A stretch of DNA of 64,000 bases from Prasinococcaceae sp. CCMP 1430 (lineage: Eukaryota; Plantae; Prasinodermophyta), in assembly GCA_013416795.1 (NCBI GenBank), contig RQSC01000024.1, forward strand, positions 40,838 through 104,837, written 5' to 3'. Position 1 is the first letter of the stretch; the number at the start of each line of letters is the position of its first letter. A program made the position numbers and the translations under genes. Under the pieces are notes generated by a model that was given only the letters and a program-made list of their open reading frames with translations, was not told the origin of the DNA and made no database searches. Below, in pieces: positions 1-9,086 of this stretch.

Positions 1-2
1 CG

Positions 3-761
3 GACGCTGCCACTTGCGCAGCCGCTCAGGCCTGCGGCGAGTGCGTCGGCACTCTCAAGACCGACGGGACGCCATGCGTGTGGTTCGCCGACTTTGACTT
101 CTGCTCCGCACAGGCGTGCGGTCCCATTGGTTGTGGCGAGACCACTTGCGCCTTGGGTCCGTTGCCTGAGCGGGGCCGCACCGAGTCGGGCTCGTGCATC
201 GTCTGCGAGGACGAGAGCGACGATGCAGAGTGCATCGAGATTAATGTCAGTTGCGTCGCGCAGGAGGGGACAAAGGGCTGTGAGGAGGGAGAGGCGTGGT
301 TCCTCAAGGACGGGGACTGCTGCGAGGACTGTCACTCTGTGCAGCAGAGCCCGGATGCCGAGGACTACGGCTGGAATGACGAGGAGAATCCGTGCATGGT
401 TTGCGAGGGGAGGGGGGCCAGCAAGCAGTGCTACATCATCGATTGCGCTCCCCTCAACTGCCAATACGAGTGGTGCACGCAGTGCCCCGAGGGCACCGAG
501 CCGACACTCGCGAAGGGGGCATGCTGCGAGGAGTGCACGCCAGTGATGACAGCCGAGGTCACGGCGGCGTTCACGGAGGCCAAGAAGAAGACGAAAAAGA
601 AGAGCAAGAAGAAGAACAAAAGGGCATCAAACGCAAAGAAGCTGTCACGCAAGGCCGTCAAGAAGCTCTGCAAGGGCGCCAAGAACAAGAAGCAGTGCAA
701 GAGGGGCGACGCCAAGAAACATTGCAAGTTCAAGCGGAAGAAGCGCTGCCTCCCAAAGTGA
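3..761 (+). CDS. Cys-rich, probably extracellular protein with VWC-like module and Lys-rich C-terminal tail (5' partial)
   Basis: Frame is open from base 3 (DAATCAAAQACGECVG...PCVWF) to TGA at 759-761. CMVC...CYIIDCAPLNC...GACCEEC resembles a von Willebrand factor C pattern; tail KKKTKKKSKKKNK...KKRCLPK. Confidence 0.7.
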   Translation, partial: DAATCAAAQACGECVGTLKTDGTPCVWFADFDFCSAQACGPIGCGETTCALGPLPERGRTESGSCIVCEDESDDAECIEINVSCVAQEGTKGCEEGEAWFLKDGDCCEDCHSVQQSPDAEDYGWNDEENPCMVCEGRGASKQCYIIDCAPLNCQYEWCTQCPEGTEPTLAKGACCEECTPVMTAEVTAAFTEAKKKTKKKSKKKNKRASNAKKLSRKAVKKLCKGAKNKKQCKRGDAKKHCKFKRKKRCLPK

Positions 762-765
762 GTGC

Positions 766-770
766 TGTAA
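766..770 (+). terminator. TGTAA candidate polyadenylation signal
   Basis: 5 nt after the stop of the Cys-rich gene; UGUAA is the known chlorophyte near-upstream element. Confidence 0.45.
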
Positions 771-1203
771 CTCCTGCCTCGGGCTTCTCTCATGTGTACC
801 GAAGTGTTCACGCTGGTCTCGAGCCGCCTTACTGTTTCGGGGCGGTGCTTCCGCGTGATGCCGTTACGGCGGCGCCGCCGCCAGCGAGGCGGCTGCGTTC
901 GTGTTCGCCGGCGCCACAGTGCGCGCAGGCGACGCGGCTGCTGCGTCCTCCGCCGGGCATCGCGCGCGCCGGGGAGCGTCGAGGCCGCCTCGTGCGGTGG
1001 GGATCCGGGCGCGAGTGCGTGCGCGTGCCCAGCGTTTGCGAGGTGAGGGCAGGCGCGCTGACGCCGCGGGAGGGTGGGCGACAGTGCGCGCCAGCGCGCA
1101 CGCGCGAGCGGGCGAGGGGCCCAGCACCTCCACTGCCGCGCGCGTGCCGCTGCGCGCGCGCAACCGCGGCCCCCGTGTTGCGCGCGCGCACCCAGCGGCT
1201 ACC

Positions 1204-2290
1204 AGTGCGTGGCGTCCGGCGTTAGCGCCCTCGCTGTCGCGCCGTTAGCAGTTGTTGTGCGTGCGATGCAAACCTGGCAACCGGCCTTCCCGTGCTGACG
1301 CACCGCTGGCGCTGCGCGCGGCCCCGCTCCGGCCCTTGCGCGCGCAGTGGCGCCTGTCAGCAATGTCTGCATCAAGTACTTCGATATCAAGGGGAAAGCC
1401 GAGTATGTCCGGCTCGCGTTTGCGATCGGGGGCGTCGACTTCACCGACGAGCGCGTGCCCTTCGCAGAGTGGAAGGAGACGAAGCCAAACATGCGCTGGC
1501 ACTACCTGCCCGAGCTGACTCTCACAAACGCCGAGGGCGAACAGGTCACCGTTGGCCAGTCCAACGCCATACTGCGCTTCGCGGGCAAGCTTACTGGCCT
1601 CTATCCCTCAGACGTACGTCGTGCGCGCGCAAGCGCGCCGTGATGCACATCGCACGTCCTGACCCGACGCGCTTCGTGCTCGCCGCGGCGCTGGGCGTGC
1701 TCTCTGTAGGATGTCGAGGCACTCATGGTCGATGAGATCCTCGAGGCGATTGAGGATGCGCGCACGCCCATCCGTGCGAGCCTCCAAGAGAAGGATGTGG
1801 AGAAGAAAGAGGCGATGCGAGCCGAGCTCGCCACCGAGACGATTCCTTACTGGCTGCGGCTCTTCGAGGCACGCGCGGTCGAAAATGGCAGCAACGGCTG
1901 CATCTGCGGCCCTTCGCTCACCATCGTGCGTGCGCGACGCGCGCGTGGCGCGATCGCGTCGCGGGCGCATCGGTGCCCGCCGAAGTCGATCGAGCTGCGT
2001 TGCGGATCGCGCTGCGCGCACCCATGTTGCGAGCGCGGGAGCTGACGCCGGCGCGACTCCCCTCCTTTCCCGGGCCCTTGTCCCCTCTCACGAAGGCTGA
2101 CCTCGCGTTGTACGTCCTGTGCAACTGGTTGTCGTCGGGCATCCTGGATGGTATCCCGACGACCATCCTCGAGCCGTACGAGGGCATTAACAAGATAGTG
2201 GCGGCCGTCGCAGGACACCCGAAGGTGGCAGAGTTCGAGAAGGGAGTCGCCGAGCGCCAGGCCGCCGCCAAAGCCGCCAAGGAAGCCTAA
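1204..2290 (+). CDS. Glutathione S-transferase (sigma-like), join(1204,1348..1613,1710..1925,2096..2290)
   Basis: GST motifs KYFDIKGKAEYVRLAF, QSNAILRFAGKLTGLYP, TIADLALY after splicing. GT-AG introns with CTGAC/CTGACC branch sites. The joined length of 678 nt is in frame. Confidence 0.92.
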
Positions 2291-2580
2291 GGCCCGCCAG
2301 CCGCCTACCGTGGCCGTCCAAGCCGTAAGTGAGTGTGGCGTATCATGCCCTACGCTTTGAAAACTGATTCCCCGGCCGCTCTTGGAAATTCGGCATTGTA
2401 TGCTAGCTAGAGGGATTTGGCGCGGGTGTTGGCGTGCCACAGCGCGCGCACGTGCGCTGTCGTCCCGCACGCGTGCACCCCTCTCCCGCACGGGCACGCA
2501 AGAGCAGGCGATCGCGCGCGCGCGAACGCGGCTATCTTATACCCGTCGGCACTGGCCGCAGGACAGCCGCCCTGCTCGTG

Positions 2581-3252
2581 ATGGGCAAAGGCGGGCGCCG
2601 TGGAGGCGGGGCCGGCATCGCCGCGCGGCTGCTCTCCAAGTTCGTGGGTGTCATTGCGGGGCAATGCGCAGGGGGAGGAGGCAAGGCGACGCAGGGGCCG
2701 GCGAGGACCGCAGCGCCGGCACCGACGCCTGCTGAGGGAGTCTCCACCGAGGCACTCTTCTTTCCTTGCCCAAGTCCACACGAGGGCGCCATCGAGCGCT
2801 TGCATGCCGCGCTCGCCGAGGCGACGAAAAGTCTCGACGTGTGCGTTTTCGCTTTTACCGACGGTCGCCTGTGCGGCGCGCTCAAGGCCGCGCACCGCCG
2901 CGGCGTGCGCGTGCGAGTGCTCGTGGATGATGATCAGCGCTCAGCCAGCGGCAGCAAGGCAGCAGAGCTTGCCGCAGCTGGCGTCGAGGTGCGCGATGAC
3001 TCGAAGAGCTCCTTCAAAATGGGTGGCGGCAGGCACGCGGATACCGCTCACTTGACATCGCACATGCACAACAAATTCGCCGTCGTGGACGGGGGGCGCC
3101 TTTTGCTGACTGGCTCATTCAATTGGACCACGAGCGCCGTCTTGAGCAACTACGAGAACGTGCTTGTGCTCAGGGATAGCAACCCCAGCACCAAGAGCGC
3201 CGGTGCAGCGTACCAGACACAATTCAATCTGTTGTGGGACCGCCTCGCGTAG
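2581..3252 (+). CDS. Single-HKD phospholipase D family nuclease/hydrolase (PLD6/Zucchini/Nuc-like)
   Basis: ATG at 2581; SLDVCVFAFTDGRL, RGVRVRVLVD, HMHNKFAVVDG...LTGSFNWTTSAVLSNYENV motifs. Confidence 0.88.
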   Translation: MGKGGRRGGGAGIAARLLSKFVGVIAGQCAGGGGKATQGPARTAAPAPTPAEGVSTEALFFPCPSPHEGAIERLHAALAEATKSLDVCVFAFTDGRLCGALKAAHRRGVRVRVLVDDDQRSASGSKAAELAAAGVEVRDDSKSSFKMGGGRHADTAHLTSHMHNKFAVVDGGRLLLTGSFNWTTSAVLSNYENVLVLRDSNPSTKSAGAAYQTQFNLLWDRLA

Positions 3253-3415
3253 CGAGCGGAGAAAGTACACTATAGCTAGAGTCATACGATCGAAGCTCTT
3301 CTCTTTCTTAAAAACAACACATCCTCACAAAGCTTGTGATGACACTACTGCTTTCTTCACTCGAGTTCCTGAGCGCGAGGCCGGCGTCCTTGCTCATGGA
3401 GGCCCGCGGTACTAC

Positions 3416-6376
3416 CTAATGAGCCACGGTCGTCCCCGCAACCGCATCGAATGCAGGCCTCGGCCACTCGTCACTCGCGGTAACACTCGCCTGTATCTGC
3501 AACAGCTCGTCGCTTATCGGCCAGCCGCCTTGCACGAAACCCACCAGGACAACCGCGTCCCGAAAGAGCGCGTATGTGACTGGAGTGCTGCCTTGCGCCC
3601 CAGGGCTGTGCACGTGCCTGTCGCAGACGAGGGTCCATATGTCTGCCAGTGTGCGACGGGGGAGCCCGCTGCTCGCCAACAGCGCCAACGCATCTGCCGC
3701 GGCGATGTCGTTGCGCGAGGGATCCGGCTTGGATCGCCCGCCTGCGAGCTTGAACAGCGAAGAGATGAACGACTCGTCGTCTTCGTTGGGATCCCCTGAA
3801 GACGGCACCGGTGCCGTGGACCCTACTTCGGGTGGCGACGCACATATGTTGGCTATGGACGCTTGCGGCCGGTGAGGAGGAGGCGACGGAATCGCAACTG
3901 CCGGCGAGGATGCATCGCCGCCTTTCCCGCGACTCGAGGCTGGGGAAACTGAAGCAGACAGCGAGAACTGGCCCCTGGCGTAAGGCGTCTTCCCCCCTCG
4001 CTGTGATCTGCTTTGTGGCTCATCAACAATAGGCGGCGGGGTATCTACATCGCGGCTCATATCTGCGCCACCGTGCTTCGCTTGGCCTTCCACACCCTCG
4101 GCGGCGAGCTCGAGCCCCTGCAGCTGCATAGAGGTCTCGAGAAGGGTCCCTTCCAAGCTTTCTGCGAGCCTCAATCTTGCAAGGCGACGCTGACTCGCAG
4201 AACGCGTGCGGCGCAGAGACAGGGCGACCATGTCATCGCGGTCGAGGCGGACGCCAGACGCAAGATCCTGGTGTTGCTCTCGTGAAAGTAGGGGGCCATC
4301 CACGCGCTGACCCGCCGCCGTCGGCGTGCGCCGGGGCTGCGGCGTCGTAGTCGCCGTCGAAGACGGCGCAGACTGCTCGCTGATGGACGTGGTGCTGTCG
4401 GCCTCGAACGAAGTTGATGTGGCAGTCATTCGGTCGAAACCAATCTCTGCCTCCTTCAGGGAGCGCCACTTTGGTATTGGCGCAAGGTCTGGCTGCTCAC
4501 CACCTCCAGTATCGCCAGCAGCGCGGCTGCTCTCGTGGGACGTCGGTGGGGGGGTAGGACTGGTAGTCCTGTGCCCTCGCAGATTCACGCTTGTAGGCAA
4601 ACTGAGCTGCCGCACCGCCTGTGCCATTCTAACCCCCTCATCTTTCGCCTGCCGGTGGGTTGCCTCAGCCGTGTCTGGATCGTTAGGCTCGCGAGCATTC
4701 GTGCGAGCAGGTGCCACGGTGGTCTTCGAAGCCGAAGCTGCTGCAGGCGGCGTGCGATATGGGGTGCCTGGTGGTGGGGGGGTGCTCGCTATAGCGCCCT
4801 CGCTCGCGGTTTCGTAAACCTCTCTTCCTGAGTTGACGCCAGAGCGCGTTGACGCCACCGACTGGGGGGTGTTGACAGAAGCAGAAGCAACCGATGCGCT
4901 CTCCTTGCCCTCAGCAGTCCTCATAGGCTTGGCTAGCATGGGCGTCTGCAAATTTTGCATATTGCTTTCGCCTGCATGGTCGAACGCAAAGGACGGGAGG
5001 GATGACATCGACCGACGGACGGCGCCATGGCCGAGCGTAGACTGCTGCGTGGCGGCGGGTGTGGCTGCCGCTGTTGGCACGGTGAGTTCGCGCACTCGAA
5101 CCTCGAGGCTGCGGATCTCGCACCTCGCTGCGGCGAGTTCGGCGCGAAGTATGCCTATGTCGAGTTCGCGCGCCAACGTATCATCGCCAGCCATTGCATT
5201 GCTCACGCCTTTCTGCGCGGGCGCCTGTGCGGTGCCGGCGCCGGAGTCACTCTCGCTCGCGGTGCTGTGCGTCGCTGTGCCCTCTGCAGCCTGTCGCGCT
5301 GCGACGACGGACATGCTTGGTGTCTTCCCTCCTATGGGTGAGTGCATCGTGCCATTGGCCGAGGCCTCGAGCGTGGCTGCCTCGAGGAGCGCGCTCTCGA
5401 GCCAGTTTGAGAGCGCGGCGGCTGCGGCGGGGGCCTCCGTGGAGGCGTGCTCCAAAACTTGCACCCTGCTCCAGTTGGAGGCGAGCCATTTGTCGAGCTG
5501 CCTCGCCGCGGCCGCATGAAACTGCTGCTGCGCGGCAACCAGCGCGAGTGCCGAGGCCGAGAGCAGCTGCGGCGCTGCTGCCATGCGAACCTGCAGCGCC
5601 CCGAGAGGATCCGAGCGCGCGACGCGCGCGCGCATTTCTTGCGCGCGCCTCTTTGCCTCGATGCACTCCCCTTCGAGATCGAGCACGCGTTCGTCCACGT
5701 CAGACACGCCAGTTTCTCGCAGCTCGGCGAGTCTCGTGCGTGCACTCTCGGCGGCTTCGGCGGCCTCGCGAGCCCGCGCAACCGTCTCTACCAGCTCGAG
5801 CACCACATTCGCCTCTTCCTCCAGGGGTATCACGATGCCTTGCTGCGTCATTATGCGCGCCTCGGTGACGCCACTCTTGCTGAAAGCCGAGAGAACAACT
5901 TCGGGGCAGTGCATGCCGACGCCCGCAGCCGATGCGGCCTCAAGCATCCCTTCGTTGGCCTCAGCAGCGGCGACGCATAGCACCTCCTCTGCCTCGCCTA
6001 GGGCTTGCGCCTGCTGGGCCGCACGCAACAACTGGCTAGCATAGGCGAGCCCCAGCCGCTCCGCCTCGTCGTCTTCGGGGACCGCGCCCTGCTGCTGTTG
6101 CGGGCCGGTTGACCTGCCGTGCACACCCAATGTGCCGGTGAAGCTCCGCGTGCGAGAGAGGCGCAGCGCAGGCGGCTCAGCAGGGACGGGCAAGGTAGAT
6201 GCGGTGCTTTTGCTGCCTCCTGGCGCGCTGGCCGCGCCGCTGCGCCGCTCCTCTCCTGCGCCGCCGCCGTCCTTCGCGCCGCCCGTGGCGCTCTCCGATC
6301 CCGCCAACGCCTCCATCATGAGCTCGCCCGCCGCTGCCACCACGTCGCGCCGATTCTCCCGCGCCGCCCGCACCAC
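3416..6376 (-). CDS. Large protein with N-terminal BAR-like helical region, long disordered linker and C-terminal EH domain (5' end unresolved)
   Basis: 986-aa ORF. C-terminus ALALLASSGLPRRTLADIWTLVCD...YALFRDAVVLVGFVQGG matches the EH consensus (SGLP..L..IW.L.D). Helical region ending LVAAQQQFHAAAARQL resembles BAR C-termini. Confidence 0.7.
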   Translation of the reverse strand: MVRAARENRRDVVAAAGELMMEALAGSESATGGAKDGGGAGEERRSGAASAPGGSKSTASTLPVPAEPPALRLSRTRSFTGTLGVHGRSTGPQQQQGAVPEDDEAERLGLAYASQLLRAAQQAQALGEAEEVLCVAAAEANEGMLEAASAAGVGMHCPEVVLSAFSKSGVTEARIMTQQGIVIPLEEEANVVLELVETVARAREAAEAAESARTRLAELRETGVSDVDERVLDLEGECIEAKRRAQEMRARVARSDPLGALQVRMAAAPQLLSASALALVAAQQQFHAAAARQLDKWLASNWSRVQVLEHASTEAPAAAAALSNWLESALLEAATLEASANGTMHSPIGGKTPSMSVVAARQAAEGTATHSTASESDSGAGTAQAPAQKGVSNAMAGDDTLARELDIGILRAELAAARCEIRSLEVRVRELTVPTAAATPAATQQSTLGHGAVRRSMSSLPSFAFDHAGESNMQNLQTPMLAKPMRTAEGKESASVASASVNTPQSVASTRSGVNSGREVYETASEGAIASTPPPPGTPYRTPPAAASASKTTVAPARTNAREPNDPDTAEATHRQAKDEGVRMAQAVRQLSLPTSVNLRGHRTTSPTPPPTSHESSRAAGDTGGGEQPDLAPIPKWRSLKEAEIGFDRMTATSTSFEADSTTSISEQSAPSSTATTTPQPRRTPTAAGQRVDGPLLSREQHQDLASGVRLDRDDMVALSLRRTRSASQRRLARLRLAESLEGTLLETSMQLQGLELAAEGVEGQAKHGGADMSRDVDTPPPIVDEPQSRSQRGGKTPYARGQFSLSASVSPASSRGKGGDASSPAVAIPSPPPHRPQASIANICASPPEVGSTAPVPSSGDPNEDDESFISSLFKLAGGRSKPDPSRNDIAAADALALLASSGLPRRTLADIWTLVCDRHVHSPGAQGSTPVTYALFRDAVVLVGFVQGGWPISDELLQIQASVTASDEWPRPAFDAVAGTTVAH

Positions 6377-6425
6377 CCCAACAGCCCCTCACCTCTCACG
6401 GACGCACCAGATCTCGCCCTTCGGT

Positions 6426-6731
6426 CTATCCCGCCACCTGCCGCGGGCCTCGCGCCCTCTCGCCCGGCCGCGCGGCCTCGCCCGCGGCGTGCGCTCGGAG
6501 CAGCCCGCGCAGGTGCGCCGCCACGCCCTCGACGTCGAAGGAAGGCAGCACCCGCGGATGGTGGCGCGAAAAGCCCAGCCCGTCGTTGTCGCTGTCGCCG
6601 TCGTCGCCGCCTTCGCCGCCGTCGCCGCCGCTGCTGCAGCCGCTATCCTCGCGCGCCGCCTCGCGCGCCTCTCTCGCGCGCTTCTCGGCGAGCTTGCGCA
6701 TCATCTCGGCGAGCTTGCCGAGGCCCGACAT
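6426..6731 (-). CDS. Probable 5' coding segment of the BAR/EH gene (MSGLGKLAEMMRKLAEKR...)
   Basis: ATG-initiated, helical, coding-like ORF directly upstream on the same strand. No clean splice junction to the 6376 ORF could be found. Confidence 0.4.
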   Translation of the reverse strand: MSGLGKLAEMMRKLAEKRAREAREAAREDSGCSSGGDGGEGGDDGDSDNDGLGFSRHHPRVLPSFDVEGVAAHLRGLLRAHAAGEAARPGERARGPRQVAG

Positions 6732-7681
6732 GGCGCCAGCCGGCGGGCTGGCGACCGCGCGAAGCCGCGCGCGGGGGGAGTGAGGCTGGCGGGTCGGCCC
6801 GCGTGCGCGGAACCGCCGGCGCGCCCGCCGCCGCGACGACGGAGGCTGGGCCGAGCGTCGGCCCAGCCTCGTCGGCCCCCGGTGGGACCGGGCGGTGCGG
6901 TGTGAGGGCTGTGAGGGCGCCGTGTGGCGCCCCGCACGCGCAGCGCAATGTCATCGGTTTTCCGCTGGGCGCATCAAAATACGCACGATAAAATCATTTG
7001 CATTCGTTTCAAGGGCAAAATTAGGCACGGCTGCCTAGAGCCAGAGCCGGTAGGTCAAAGGCAAAGCGGGCAGACGTTTGGAAGGAAAAGAAGAGTTGGA
7101 AGCAAAAAAAAAAAAAAAAGCACGCGATCGCTCCGAGGCGAGCGAAGCCCCCACAGGGGAAAAGGCGGGGTAAAAGCAGCCAACCCTAATTCATGCGGCG
7201 CAAGACGCAGGTTTGTTCGCACCCGCGTCGCTGCACCGTGCCAGAAAGGGTTTGCAAAGAGTGCGAAAATAATGTCACAGTTGATGAATTCGTGCGGTTG
7301 TGTTTTTTGTTTTTTGTTGGGTGGGAGTTTGGGTTGCAAAGCGCAGCTGACGGCGGTCGCGCGGTGGGGAGTGCGGGCGAGGACTGGCAGTTCGCCAGAG
7401 GGCGCGCGAGAGGCGGGCCCGGTGCCGGCCTGCGGCGAGCCCCCCGCCCTTCCCCGCGCCCCCGGCGTCCCCGCCCGCGCCTACGGGCGACCGCTGGCGC
7501 GCCCGCGTGGCTGGTGTCACGCGCGCGCGTGGGGTGCTGCGCGCGCGCGGCGTGTGGCGCTGCGGTGCCGCTGGCGCAGACAAACGCAACAAGCGTGCGT
7601 TCGCGCCGCTCGAAGGCGCGTTGAGGGTGGGCAGGGGCCAGAGTGACGCACCGCGCGCCCAGCTAGGAGTCGCTACGCGCC

Positions 7682-8755
7682 ATGTGCCCACACCCGCCAC
7701 CGGCGCGCGCCGAGGTGCGCGTGCGCGGCGGCGCTGCCGTGGTGCGCGGTGCAACGGCATCAGTGCCAGCAGCGGCGAACGCGAGCGCATCTGGCGTGAC
7801 GGGCGCGGCGGCCGCGGGCACCGCGCCGAACGCGCCCGTGGCAGTGCTCGCCCACGGGCTGTGCCTCAATCGCACCGAATGGGCGGCCGTCGAGAAGGGT
7901 CTTACCACGCGCGGCATCGAGTGCTTCTCGTACGAGTACGTCGCCGCGCTCGCTGGCTGGATATTCCCCCCACCCTCCTTCTGCCTGGGCGCCCGCGCGC
8001 GCGCACGCAAGCACCTTTTTTCTCGCTGGCTGACTCGCAAATAATACTGGGAGCGCTCGCCCAGTCATCTAGGGCAGGGCGAGTCCGACACGGCCGCCGC
8101 ACGCACCCTTTCCCTCTCCATTGATGCTCTGGCCGACGACATGGCGTGCGTGTGCGAGCTCGCAGGCGGCGGCGCACCCGTACATTTGGTCGGCCATTCG
8201 ATGGGAGGCTATTGCGCGCTGCGGGTGGCGTCGCGCAGACCGGAGCTCGTTGCGAGTCTCACGCTGGTGGGCTCTCGTGCACAGGCAGATCATCCCTACA
8301 AACTCATCGAAGTCGCGCTCATGTCGCTCGTGGTCTTGCTCTTCGGCGTCATCCGTCCAATCGCGGACAGGCTGATGGAAATGATGTTTGGGCCCGCATG
8401 GGTGCGAAACCATCCGGAAGCCGCGAGAAAATGGCACGAACACTTCGCCGCGCTGCCGCGACGCACGCTGCGCGCGGTGTGGGGCGTCGTCACCAGGCGC
8501 TCCATGAGCGACGCTGAGCTTCGTGAGATCCGTTGCCCAGTGCTGGTCGTTCACGGCGAGATGGATGACTCTGTCCCGATCGACGATGCGCGCGTGACCG
8601 CTGCGCGCTGTCCCGAGCTTCGGCGCGTGGCCATGCTGCCAGCCGTGGGGCACACGCCCGCGATCGAGGCGCCCGCTGAAGTCATTGCTCTGTTGGCGGA
8701 GTTCATTGACGAGAGCATGCGCCTGTCATCCCCTGCTGGAGGCAGCTTGAAGTGA
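7682..8755 (+). CDS. Alpha/beta hydrolase, join(7682..7935,8065..8755)
   Basis: VLAHGLCLN oxyanion region; splicing gives YDHLGQGES; nucleophile elbow GHSMGG; HGEMDDSVP acid; GHTPAIE His. Intron GTACGT...CCAG with CTGAC. Confidence 0.88.
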
Positions 8756-9086
8756 GCGGAGTGGCCGTGGCGAGCCGGCCGTGCGCCATATGAGATGGAC
8801 ACCAAAGAGAGAGAGAGGGCACGGCGCGCAAATGGTGGCGAGCCTGGCGTCGACCGAATTGCTTGCCGCAGCCCTGCCACGATGGTGCAGGGCGTCATGG
8901 CCTGGCTAAGCAAGCGCACGCAAGAGGCGCGCTGCAGGCATGAGCGCACGCTGCGCCGTGTGTTCATGATCATCGGAACATGGAACGATACTTAGTTGGC
9001 CTCGCCTGTCGGCGCGGGGAGAGAGGCGCGCCGCCTGTGCATCGCCCACTTTCGCCTGCCAACGAGCCCCGCCTTCGAGCTCTCTC

